Of a stretch of 32,000 nucleotides of DNA, positions 1 to 8,985 are shown piece by piece. Within the stretch, counting starts at the first letter, position 1; every line of letters begins with the position of its first letter. Position numbers and translations under genes: made by a program. The stretch spans positions 1-32,000 of the forward strand of contig JBBIMK010000002.1 in the NCBI GenBank assembly GCA_037444445.1, in the 5' to 3' direction. The notes below the pieces were generated by a model. The model was given only the letters and a program-made list of their open reading frames with translations. It did no database searches and was not told the DNA's origin. The DNA is from a bacterium. GTDB taxonomy: Bacteria > UBP7 > UBA6624 > JBBIMK01.

Positions 1-160
1 ACGCAAAGAATTTTTCCTTTCTCTCGGGCGTTTAATGGCATCCCCTCCCGGTTTTGAGAAAAGACTATCATCAGTTCTAAACGGAGATATAAATTTTTCT
101 GAACGAAAACTCACCCAGGAAGAGGTGCTGGATTATCTTTTTGAAGGGAAAAAGTTATAA
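1..160 (+). CDS. 3' end of an upstream gene (last ~52 codons, product unknown)
   Basis: Frame 2 is open from the window edge to TAA at 158-160 (...LTQEEVLDYLFEGKKL*). It is absent from the ORF track because it has no start in the window. No recognisable domain. Confidence 0.35.
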   Translation, partial: RKEFFLSLGRLMASPPGFEKRLSSVLNGDINFSERKLTQEEVLDYLFEGKKL

Positions 161-214
161 GAAAAAAACCAAACGATGTTGAGATATCCCTTCAGGGGGT
201 ATAATTAAAGAGGG

Positions 215-1111
215 ATGCTGAAGGTAGCAGGTGTGGTGAAGGTGTATAAAGCGGGATGGGTGCCCTTCCGGAGGAAGGGCGTTCTGGCGCTGGATGGGGT
301 TTCTTTAGAGGTGGAGAGCGGGATGTTCGGGCTTCTGGGTCCTAACGGAGCCGGGAAGACCACGCTGATGCGTATCTGTGCTACACTTCTGGAGCCCACG
401 AAAGGGGAGGTAACTTTTGAGGGGGTGAATGTGGTCCGGGAGCCGGAGATGATACGGGGTCTTTTAGGGTATTTACCACAGGAGTTCGGAGTGTATCCCG
501 GCTGGACGCTTTTTGAATTTTTAGATTATCTGGCGCTGATACGGGGGATTTCTAACAACCGGCGAAGGCGAGAGGAAGTGAATCGGGTGATAGAATTAGC
601 CCATCTGTCGGAGTATGCAAGGAGGAAGTTAAAGACCTTTTCTGGCGGGATGAAGCAGCGCTTCGGGATAGCCCAGGCATTATTAGGGGACCCGAAGTTA
701 CTGATAGTGGATGAGCCTACGGCGGGGTTAGACCCGGAGGAGCGGAACCGATTTCGGAATCTGCTATCGGAGATTTCAGCGGGGAAGGTGGTGCTTTTAT
801 CCACCCACATTGTGGAGGATATATCCCTCGCTTGCCCGAGGATGGCAATCATAGATAAGGGGAAAATCAAGGTAATGGATTCGCCGAAGAATCTGATAGA
901 TTCTATAGAAGGGAAGGTGTGGGAGGTTACGACCACGGAGGAAGGATTTCAGCAGTTGAAGGAGGAATATAAGATATCCAATGTGGTGCGGGAGGACGGG
1001 GGAGTGCGGGTGAAGGTGCTGAGCGAGGCATCGCCAGCCTGCGAAGGGGTGAAATCCCTTTCTCCAACGCTGGAAGATGCCTACTTATGGTATGTAGGGC
1101 ACCCCGGATAG
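215..1111 (+). CDS. ABC transporter ATP-binding protein (ABC-2/DrrA-like), no adjacent permease
   Basis: Walker A GPNGAGKTT, signature FSGGMKQR, Walker B LLIVDEPTAGLD, H-loop LSTH. 298 aa with a ~70-aa C-terminal extra domain. Confidence 0.9.
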   Translation: MLKVAGVVKVYKAGWVPFRRKGVLALDGVSLEVESGMFGLLGPNGAGKTTLMRICATLLEPTKGEVTFEGVNVVREPEMIRGLLGYLPQEFGVYPGWTLFEFLDYLALIRGISNNRRRREEVNRVIELAHLSEYARRKLKTFSGGMKQRFGIAQALLGDPKLLIVDEPTAGLDPEERNRFRNLLSEISAGKVVLLSTHIVEDISLACPRMAIIDKGKIKVMDSPKNLIDSIEGKVWEVTTTEEGFQQLKEEYKISNVVREDGGVRVKVLSEASPACEGVKSLSPTLEDAYLWYVGHPG

Positions 1112-1190
1112 AGATTGTAACTTACCCATTTGAGAACGAAGAATAAACACGGGAGAATGGTATTAACCAGCCACCTCTTGTGACGAATAT

Positions 1191-2609
1191 ATGGTAAAAT
1201 CAGGAATGGTGAAGATTCAGCGGTTGCTTGTTATGGGAATAGGGATGATGAGCCTGGCTGGTGCGAAAACGCTCACGCTTCTGGAAGCGGTTGAAACGGC
1301 GATTTCCCATAACCTTTCTCTTCGTCAGCAGGAACTGACTTTTGAAAATCAGAAAACTGCTTTAGAGTTAACGGAAGTTCAATTTTACGGGATTTTCCCT
1401 GTTTTTAATTTTTCCTTTACGGATGCAAAGGGTCAGGCAAGAAGTGAAAGCGTAAGTTTGGAAGCCTCAAAGAAATTCCCTTTTGGTGGAAATCTTGCTC
1501 TGTCTGCCTCTACCAGTCATACCGCTCCGCTTTTATACTCTACCGCAACCAGTGCCAAAATTTCCTATCCTGTGGGTGAAGCCAGTGGGAAGAAATTTAC
1601 CCTGTTAGGCGTTCAGACGGCGCGCCTGACATTTGAGCAGAATCAAATTGACCTCTGGCTCAGCCAGCAGGACACCATATCCGGCGCCGTTTCCGCTTAT
1701 CTCTCCGCCTGGCAGGCAAAGCAAAATCTGGAAATCCAAAAAGATACTTTGAAGCAATCAGAGGTCCTCCGGGAGTTAAATCAGACGAAATACGAGTTGG
1801 GGCTGTTGGCGGAACCGGATTTTCTTCGGGCTCAGGTGAGTTATGAGACCTCGCAAGTGAGTGTTCTGGCTGCCGAGCGGGCTTACCGCAACGCTCTGGA
1901 AAATCTGGCTCAATTTCTCGGTTTTCCCCCTTCCACTCCCATTGAAGTAGTTGAGGAACTCTCGTTTCAGTTACCGAAGGCGCCAGAAGAGGCAAGCATT
2001 CTTCAACAAGTTACATTTCAGAATCCCACCCTGCGAAAATTGACTTATCAGGAAGAAATTCAGAAATTAAACCTCTTCGCCTCCCGCCGACGCATCCGAC
2101 CGGAAGGCACCTTTGATTTGACTTACTCTTTGAACAGCTCTGGAACCTCTTTTGATGTCGGCTCACGCCTGGATACTTACAACCTCTCCGCTGGTATTTC
2201 TTTCCGCTTGCCTTTACGAACCACTGTGGAAGTCCTGCAGTATCAGCAAGCAAAGCGCTCTTATGAATCCTTTCAAATCGGGTTAGAGGATACCAGGCGA
2301 ACGGTTCAAAAGACTGTTTCACAGCGACTTCGCGCTATTAAGGAGGCTCTGGACCGCCTGGATATTCTGGAGAAAAGCCTGAAAAATGCGGAGAAATCCT
2401 TCCAGCTGATTGAGGAAAGTTATCGGGAGGGGCTTTCCAGTATCCTGGACTATCAGAGTGAACAGCAGAGACTGGCGCAGACCCGTCTGCAATATGTTAA
2501 CGCCAGGGTAGATGTCCTGAACAGTTTCATTGCCTTACAAAAGGACATTGGGCAGGACGCCCTGACATTTTTAAGAAGTGTTCTCACAACAGGAGGTGAA
2601 TCACTGTGA
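1191..2609 (+). CDS. TolC-family outer-membrane efflux channel
   Basis: Signal-peptide-like N-terminus (LLVMGIGMMSLAGA/KT). The LTLLEAVETAISHNLSL opening is typical of outer-membrane efflux proteins. Two internal repeats with long helical segments. Start may be M6 (1206). Confidence 0.8.
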   Translation: MVKSGMVKIQRLLVMGIGMMSLAGAKTLTLLEAVETAISHNLSLRQQELTFENQKTALELTEVQFYGIFPVFNFSFTDAKGQARSESVSLEASKKFPFGGNLALSASTSHTAPLLYSTATSAKISYPVGEASGKKFTLLGVQTARLTFEQNQIDLWLSQQDTISGAVSAYLSAWQAKQNLEIQKDTLKQSEVLRELNQTKYELGLLAEPDFLRAQVSYETSQVSVLAAERAYRNALENLAQFLGFPPSTPIEVVEELSFQLPKAPEEASILQQVTFQNPTLRKLTYQEEIQKLNLFASRRRIRPEGTFDLTYSLNSSGTSFDVGSRLDTYNLSAGISFRLPLRTTVEVLQYQQAKRSYESFQIGLEDTRRTVQKTVSQRLRAIKEALDRLDILEKSLKNAEKSFQLIEESYREGLSSILDYQSEQQRLAQTRLQYVNARVDVLNSFIALQKDIGQDALTFLRSVLTTGGESL

Positions 2610-4042
2610 GGTGGCTCGTTGCGCTTTTAATTCTCGGAGTGGTGGGTGGAGCGGTATGGGAGGCCTTTGCTCTGGCTCCCTCTGCTCAATCCCAGGTGAC
2701 CCTGGATTCTCTGCCCACTGTGGAGGCGAAATCGGGAACCTTTGTTGTGAAACTCACTCAGGTGGGTGAAATTCAAACCGTCCGCTCGGAAAGCATTACC
2801 GCACCCTTTAACGGGAAAATCGTTTACCTGGCAGATGAAGGCTATGTCAATAAGGGTGACCTGCTGGTGGAATTAGATACCGAAGATTTTAAGACCCAGC
2901 TCAGGGATAAACAACTCTCTTACGACCTCTCAGCAGCCCAGTATGAAAATAAAGTAGAAGATGCCAAACTCCAGCAACTCAAACTGCAGAATGCCGTTAA
3001 GGAAGCTCAGGATAGAGTGGAGATGGCCGGGGCAGACCTGGACCAGGCTAAAAAGAATTATGAGAGGAAAAAGGTTCTCGTGGAGAAAGGGCTGGAGCCG
3101 AAAGTCAACCTGGAGCAGGCAGAAATAAGTTTGTTGAAAGCGCAGAAATCCTATGAATCGGCTCAAACTGACCTGCAAGAGGCGCAAAAAAATAAAGAAA
3201 CCCAGGAGAAAGTGATTCAGTTAAACCTGGATAGCGCCAGGAATGACCTGGATAAAAAGAAGAAGGACCTGGAGGAGGTAAACGAAAAGATTGCAAAAGC
3301 CAAAATTTATGCCCCGACTTCCGGCCTGGTCATCCACTATACAGGCTGGAAGCGCGGGAGTTGGGGAAAAGTTCAGAAAGGGGATGAATTATACCCCGGG
3401 ATGACGATTATGAATTTTCCTGATATGTCAGAGATTCTCTCCATTATGAAAGTGGATGAAGTGGACATCCAGAAGGTGGAGGTGGGGCAGAAGGCAGAAA
3501 TTCGTCTGGATGCCCTGCCCGGGAGGGTCTATCATGGGAAAGTTGTCAGGAAAGGAACCGTCGCCATCACAGAACTCTCCACCACTCGTTTCGGGATTTC
3601 CCTGTCTACCGGTTCAGGACAAACGAAAGGTTTTCAAGTGGATGTGTATATAGACGATAAAGACGACCAATTACGGCCGGGTATGACGACCCGCACGGAT
3701 ATTATCTTAGAAGAGATTCCCGACGCTGTCTGGATTCCTCTGGAGGCACTCTTTGACAGGAATGGGGAGGCGGTGGTCTATGTCAAAGGTGCGGGGAAAT
3801 TCAAAGCGGTTCCAGTTCTCACTGGTAAACGAACGGATACGGACATTCAGATTATTCAGGGCTTAAAGGGTGGAGAGACCCTCTTCCTTGCGGACCCTAC
3901 CAAATCTTTGAAACGCTATCAGCCAAAGGAGAGGAAAAAACTGGAGCAGTTTATGCCGGGCGGGGGGAAGATGCCACCGGGTGGCGGGGAGCGCCGCGGT
4001 CCCCCCATGGGCAGGAGAAGCAGTGGTGGTCGCCCATCCTGA
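2606..4042 (+). CDS. HlyD/MacA-type periplasmic adaptor (membrane fusion protein)
   Basis: GTG start overlaps the preceding stop (GTGA) and is preceded by AGGAGGTGA. N-terminal anchor WLVALLILGVVGGAVW, lipoyl-like halves (GDLLVELD ... IYAPTSGLVI), ~130-aa K/E/Q-rich coiled coil, beta-barrel/MP domains. Unusual Gly/Pro/Arg-rich C-terminal tail. Confidence 0.85.
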   Translation: MRWLVALLILGVVGGAVWEAFALAPSAQSQVTLDSLPTVEAKSGTFVVKLTQVGEIQTVRSESITAPFNGKIVYLADEGYVNKGDLLVELDTEDFKTQLRDKQLSYDLSAAQYENKVEDAKLQQLKLQNAVKEAQDRVEMAGADLDQAKKNYERKKVLVEKGLEPKVNLEQAEISLLKAQKSYESAQTDLQEAQKNKETQEKVIQLNLDSARNDLDKKKKDLEEVNEKIAKAKIYAPTSGLVIHYTGWKRGSWGKVQKGDELYPGMTIMNFPDMSEILSIMKVDEVDIQKVEVGQKAEIRLDALPGRVYHGKVVRKGTVAITELSTTRFGISLSTGSGQTKGFQVDVYIDDKDDQLRPGMTTRTDIILEEIPDAVWIPLEALFDRNGEAVVYVKGAGKFKAVPVLTGKRTDTDIQIIQGLKGGETLFLADPTKSLKRYQPKERKKLEQFMPGGGKMPPGGGERRGPPMGRRSSGGRPS

Positions 4043-4108
4043 GAAGATTATTCATAACACCCCCTCTACCGCACCTGTGATGGAGAGAGGAAGATTCTCG
4101 CTGAAATT

Positions 4109-4837
4109 ATGATGGCGCCGAAAGTCGTACAGAAGCCATCTGGTTCCGTTGCCAACCCACCGGTGATTCAGCTGGAAAGTATAACGAAGGATTATGAACT
4201 GGGTGAGATAAGGATTCGCGTTCTACACGGAATCAATTGCACCATTCACAGGGGAGAGTTTGTGGCAATTATGGGTCCATCCGGCTCCGGTAAATCTACA
4301 TTAATGAATATCATCGGATGCCTGGATGTGCCCACTTCCGGGAGTTATAAACTGGACGGTCGGCGAGTGGACAACCTTTCGGACAGGGAACTTTCCAGGG
4401 TTCGCAATCAGAAAATTGGATTCGTGTTTCAGGCCATGAACCTCCTGCCCCAGTTGACGGCGATTCGGAATGTGGAACTGCCGCTGATTTACCGGGGAAT
4501 GCCCCGGGGCGAGCGTCAGGAGCGAGCCATTAAGGCGCTGCAATCGGTGGGCCTGGAGCATCGGCTTTATCACCGACCTTCCGAGATTTCTGGCGGTGAA
4601 GCCCAGAGAGTGGCCATTGCTCGTTCCCTTGTCAATGACCCGGACATCATCCTTGCTGACGAGCCCACAGGAAATCTGGACTCCAAAACTGCTGTGGAAA
4701 TTATGAGCCTGCTGAAAAAAATATATGAAAGCGGAAGAACTATCCTTGTGGTGACCCATGACCGTTCTATAGCCGAGTGGACTCACCGAATTCTTCAGAT
4801 TCGGGACGGGCAAATAGAGCAGGAGGAAATTCTGTGA
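4109..4837 (+). CDS. MacB/LolD-subfamily ABC ATPase (stand-alone NBD)
   Basis: Walker A GPSGSGKST, Q-loop FVFQ, signature ISGGEAQRVAIARSL, Walker B IILADEPTGNLD, H-loop VVTHD. Confidence 0.9.
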   Translation: MMAPKVVQKPSGSVANPPVIQLESITKDYELGEIRIRVLHGINCTIHRGEFVAIMGPSGSGKSTLMNIIGCLDVPTSGSYKLDGRRVDNLSDRELSRVRNQKIGFVFQAMNLLPQLTAIRNVELPLIYRGMPRGERQERAIKALQSVGLEHRLYHRPSEISGGEAQRVAIARSLVNDPDIILADEPTGNLDSKTAVEIMSLLKKIYESGRTILVVTHDRSIAEWTHRILQIRDGQIEQEEIL

Positions 4838-6111
4838 ATCTATTGGAAGCCATCCAGTTAGGTTTGCTGGAAATTACCACTCACAAGTTCCGTTCCTTTT
4901 TAACCATGTTGGGGGTTGTCTTTGGTGTGGCGGCAGTGATTGCCATTGTTTCCATTGGCGAAGGGGCACGCCGAGAGGCGGTCAATCAATTAAAAGAGTT
5001 AGGAACTCACACCATGCGAATTCTGCCCGTCAAAGAGGAAGGAGAAAACGTTACCACGACTATTTCTATGGGCGGTTCATCTGCCTCTTCCACAATACCC
5101 GCATGGATGTTGAAGAAGCAGCTCTCCCTTGCCGATGCAATGGCTCTTAAATCTTTCTCAGGATTCGTGAAAGCCATTGCCCCGGAAATTGTCTCTAAGA
5201 CACCTCAGACGATTTTTTTTCTTTCCAACCGATTTAAGGCAACTGTGGTAGGTACGACGCCAGATTATCCCGAGGCCGCAAGCCATCGGGTAGCCAGAGG
5301 GCGATTCCTGAATGAAACAGATATGGATTCCTATGCCCGGGTAGCCGTCCTCGGTAGTGAAGTGAAACTTCGTCTGTTCGGTCCTTTAGACCCATTGGGA
5401 AAAAAAATCCTTATTCAAAATAGTTCTTATACCGTGATCGGTGTAATGCAACCCAAAGATACCTCCGGCATCACCCTGGTTAAGGTTCGTGACCTGGATA
5501 AAGACATCTATATACCCATCACTACATCTGCTCATTATTCAGGTCTGATGGGGAGTATGCGCCCGAGCATTGACGAGATGATTTTAAAAGTTCAAGACCA
5601 GTATAACCTGACCGAAAGCGCAGGCATTGTGAAAGCCCGTCTCACTCAACTGCATGATGGTGAGGAGAATTTTGAAGTCATCATTCCGGAGGAAGTGCTC
5701 CGTCAGCAACAGGCTATCCAGCGAATTTTCAGTATCGTGATGGGCTTCATAGCGGCTATTTCTCTGTTCGTGGGTGGAATCGGCATTATGAATATCATGC
5801 TGGCGACAGTGTTACAAAGGACCCGAGAAATCGGGATTCGTCGGTCTATCGGCGCCAATCAGTTAGATATCCTTCTTCAGTTTCTGGTGGAAGCGGTGGT
5901 CATTAGTCTCATAGGAGGTTTCGGAGGTATTTTCCTGGGATTCCTGATTGGAAAAGCCATCACGCTCTATGCCGGCTGGCGCACTGTGTTCTCTATTATG
6001 GCGGTGATTATATCCTTTGTTGTTTCCACATTGGTGGGCATCATCTTCGGGTTATATCCTGCTCAGCAAGCCTCCCGCCTTCATCCGGTCGAAGCCCTTC
6101 GCTACGAATAA
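4834..6111 (+). CDS. MacB/FtsX-type ABC permease (four TM helices plus a large periplasmic domain)
   Basis: The ORF-track start 4777 lies inside the ATPase gene. GTG at 4834 overlaps its stop (GTGA) and gives VNLLEAIQLGL... TM1 is FLTMLGVVFGVAAVIAIVSIG, followed by a ~250-aa periplasmic domain and three C-terminal TMs with REIGIRRSIGA. Confidence 0.85.
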   Translation: MNLLEAIQLGLLEITTHKFRSFLTMLGVVFGVAAVIAIVSIGEGARREAVNQLKELGTHTMRILPVKEEGENVTTTISMGGSSASSTIPAWMLKKQLSLADAMALKSFSGFVKAIAPEIVSKTPQTIFFLSNRFKATVVGTTPDYPEAASHRVARGRFLNETDMDSYARVAVLGSEVKLRLFGPLDPLGKKILIQNSSYTVIGVMQPKDTSGITLVKVRDLDKDIYIPITTSAHYSGLMGSMRPSIDEMILKVQDQYNLTESAGIVKARLTQLHDGEENFEVIIPEEVLRQQQAIQRIFSIVMGFIAAISLFVGGIGIMNIMLATVLQRTREIGIRRSIGANQLDILLQFLVEAVVISLIGGFGGIFLGFLIGKAITLYAGWRTVFSIMAVIISFVVSTLVGIIFGLYPAQQASRLHPVEALRYE

Positions 6112-6136
6112 TGCCCTATCTTTGAAAATAAAGAAA

Positions 6137-6790
6137 ATGGTAGAAGGCAAGAAAAGGAAATCAGACCCGGGTGAACGAAAGGTGCCCTGGAGGTTGAACT
6201 CTCAGCGAGCGGCGCTTCTGGTGATTGATATGCAAAATGATTTTTTAGAAAAAGGGGCGGTGCTGGAAGTGCCGATGGCAAGAAAGATTCTACCAAACCT
6301 GAAAAAGTTACTCGCCGCCTGCCGAAAGTCTGGCATCCCTGTGGTGTATACTGCTCACGAGCATTTGCCCGGTGGGCAGGATTCACCATTAGAACTGGCT
6401 CATTTCCCTCAGCTGAAGAAGCGGGGATTGCGAAGAGGGACGAGAGGCGTGGAGATTTATGATGAGATTGCTCCAATGCCAGGCGACCTGGTCATCAAAA
6501 AGCACCGCTATGATGCTTTTTATAATACCGACCTGGACACACTGCTGAGAAACATCCGGGGTCCTGGCACGGTGGACACCCTTATCATTACGGGCACGGT
6601 GACAAATATCTGCTGTGAAAGCACGGCTCGCTCCGCCTTTATGAGAGATTATAAGGTGGTTTTTGTCAGCGATGCCACGGGAGGTATAGATAAAGCCTCC
6701 CACGACGCCACCCTGAAAATCATTGGATTGGCGTTCGGGCGTATATTGTCTACCGCTGAAGTGATTGCGGAATTGAAGTATTATCGTTAA
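6137..6790 (+). CDS. Isochorismatase-family cysteine hydrolase
   Basis: ATG 6137 was chosen because the upstream part of the ORF overlaps the permease gene. Motifs LLVIDMQNDF, KHRYDAFYNTDLD, and the catalytic Cys in TNICCESTARSA. Confidence 0.85.
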   Translation: MVEGKKRKSDPGERKVPWRLNSQRAALLVIDMQNDFLEKGAVLEVPMARKILPNLKKLLAACRKSGIPVVYTAHEHLPGGQDSPLELAHFPQLKKRGLRRGTRGVEIYDEIAPMPGDLVIKKHRYDAFYNTDLDTLLRNIRGPGTVDTLIITGTVTNICCESTARSAFMRDYKVVFVSDATGGIDKASHDATLKIIGLAFGRILSTAEVIAELKYYR

Positions 6791-6850
6791 TTCAGGCTCT
6801 CATATTTCACAAAACGGTCCACAAGGCCATCCTCTGCACCGGCATATTTT

Positions 6851-7807
6851 TTACTGGTAGCCAGAGGCGGGAATCCCCTCCGTGGTTCTATGAGTGAGGC
6901 GATGCTTTTCCATTACTTCCGCCCAGTTTTCATCCACACACTGCTGAATATAGTGAATTTGTTCCGGGGTTAAGTGCTTAAATCTGCCCTGTGTGGAGAG
7001 GTAATCGGTAATGGGGCGTCCCTTCGGGGCGTAATTCAGTGTGTACCGCTTTCCATTTTCCACCTCATAGAGTGGAAAGATACGAGTTTCCACGGCGAGT
7101 CGGGAAGAAAGAATGGTGAGTTCGGATTCCATCCGCCAGCCGGGTGGGCAAGGCGCCAGCAAATGAATAAAACGAAACCCTTTGAGGTCTTTCGCCTTCT
7201 TGACCTTCCTCGTGAGGTCCTGAGGATAAGCCAGTGTGGCGGTAGCCACATAGGGTACACGATGAGCGGCGAGAATGCCCACAATGTCCTTTTTCGGTTT
7301 ATCTTCCGGATGTCTCTCCGGAGTGGTGGTGGTCCAGGCACCCCAGGGCGTGGCGCTACTGCGCTGGATACCTGTGTTCATGTAGGCTTCATTATCATAA
7401 CAAACATAAATGATGTCTTCATTGCGTTCTGCGGCGCCGGAGAGGGCGGCAAATCCAATGTCAAAGGTGCCTCCATCCCCGCCCCAGGCAAGGACTGTGG
7501 TGTCCGGATAGCCACGAACAGATAAGCCGGCCTTAATGCCTGCGGCTGTGATGGCGGCGGTTTCAAATGCGGTGTGAAACATTGGAACCTTCAGTGAATG
7601 ATAGGGGAAAGTGCCCACGATGAGGGTAGAACAGCAGGCGGGCACTGTCATCACTGTATTGGAACCCAGGGCTTTCAGAACCAGGCGCATAGCCAGAGAA
7701 GCGCCGCATCCCTGACAGGCTAAATGCCCCGGATAAACATTTTCCAGTTCATCAATTTCTTTCCAGGTGAAGGTATCTACCCGATGGTTCAACGATGTTT
7801 TTTCCAT
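6851..7807 (-). CDS. porB: 2-oxoacid:ferredoxin oxidoreductase beta (TPP-binding) subunit; substrate not determinable
   Basis: Cys motif CQGCGASLAMR and TPP motif GGDGGTFDIGFAALSGAAERNEDIIYVCYDNEAYMNTG. The ATG overlaps the porA stop (TAATG). Confidence 0.85.
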   Translation of the reverse strand: MEKTSLNHRVDTFTWKEIDELENVYPGHLACQGCGASLAMRLVLKALGSNTVMTVPACCSTLIVGTFPYHSLKVPMFHTAFETAAITAAGIKAGLSVRGYPDTTVLAWGGDGGTFDIGFAALSGAAERNEDIIYVCYDNEAYMNTGIQRSSATPWGAWTTTTPERHPEDKPKKDIVGILAAHRVPYVATATLAYPQDLTRKVKKAKDLKGFRFIHLLAPCPPGWRMESELTILSSRLAVETRIFPLYEVENGKRYTLNYAPKGRPITDYLSTQGRFKHLTPEQIHYIQQCVDENWAEVMEKHRLTHRTTEGIPASGYQ

Positions 7808-8985
7808 TATTTTTTCACCCCTTTCCAGATGATTTCTGGCATATCCAGTTCATCCCGGTGTTCTGCATCTGAAATGATTTCCAGGATGTCTTTTGGGGTT
7901 ACATCCCGCCCCCCCAGGCCGAGGACATAGCCGTAAACGGGCGGGCGGTCCTTGAGAGGATAAAGGGCAGATTTGATTTCGGAGGACCAGATGCCGCCGT
8001 GACCGAAGGAGAGATTTCTATCCAGCACAGCCACGCGCTTTCTTCCTTTCAGAATCTTCCGAACCGTTTCAAAGGGGAAGGGACGGAAATATCTCATTTT
8101 CAGAACGCCCACCTTTTTCTTTTTCTCTTGCCGCAGACGGTGCACAGCAAACTTTGCCGTGCTGGTGAGGGCCCCGCTGGTCACCAGCACAGTGTCCGCA
8201 TCCTCCAGCAGGAATTCTTCCACCAGACCATATCTCCGCCCCAGAATCTCTCCAAAAAGTTCTCCCTCCTTCGGGAGCAACGCAATAGCCTTTTCCATCG
8301 CTTGCTGGATTTTATAACGAAACTCAAAATAGGTGTCAGGTGCTGACAGTCCACCCATAGTTCCTTCCTCACTCGGGCGGAGGGTAAACTTCGGGTCATA
8401 GGGAGGCAGAAACTCATCCACACGCTGTTGAGGATAAATTTCCACAGGCTCGTAGGTGTGAGATAGCACGAAAGCATCCAGAACCAGCATAGAAGGGAGA
8501 AGAACCTGCTCGGAGATTTTGAAAGAAAAAATCACCGAATCCAGCACTTCCTGGTTAGACTCGCAGTAAACTTGAAGCCAGCCTGTATCACGCTGAGAAA
8601 GAGAATCAGTCTGGTCTGTCCAGATATTCCAGGGCGGAGCCATGGCCCGGTTCACATTGGCGAGGACGATAGGAAGCCTGGAGCCAGCAGCCCAGTGGAG
8701 CATTTCGTGCATGAGAGCAAGCCCCTGCGAGGAGGTAGCGGTGAAGGCGCGAGCGCCAGCGGCTGAAGCGCCGATGCAAGCAGACATTGCAGAGTGTTCG
8801 CTCTCCACATTGATGAACCGGGCTGGCAGAACTCCGTCCGCCACGAACTCGGATAACTCTTCCACAATTTGTGTTTGAGGGGTTATGGGATAGGCAGAAA
8901 TCACCTGAACCCGGGATAGAAGAGCACCGTAGGAAACTGCATGATTTCCTGTGATCACCTTTGTTGTTCCTGTTATTTTAGACAT
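7807..8985 (-). CDS. porA: 2-oxoacid:ferredoxin oxidoreductase alpha subunit
   Basis: ITGNHAVSYGALLSRVQVISAYPITPQT and ESEHSAMSACIGASAAGARAFTATSSQGL. ATG at 8985 (MSKITG) is preferred over 9000. Confidence 0.85.
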   Translation of the reverse strand: MSKITGTTKVITGNHAVSYGALLSRVQVISAYPITPQTQIVEELSEFVADGVLPARFINVESEHSAMSACIGASAAGARAFTATSSQGLALMHEMLHWAAGSRLPIVLANVNRAMAPPWNIWTDQTDSLSQRDTGWLQVYCESNQEVLDSVIFSFKISEQVLLPSMLVLDAFVLSHTYEPVEIYPQQRVDEFLPPYDPKFTLRPSEEGTMGGLSAPDTYFEFRYKIQQAMEKAIALLPKEGELFGEILGRRYGLVEEFLLEDADTVLVTSGALTSTAKFAVHRLRQEKKKKVGVLKMRYFRPFPFETVRKILKGRKRVAVLDRNLSFGHGGIWSSEIKSALYPLKDRPPVYGYVLGLGGRDVTPKDILEIISDAEHRDELDMPEIIWKGVKK

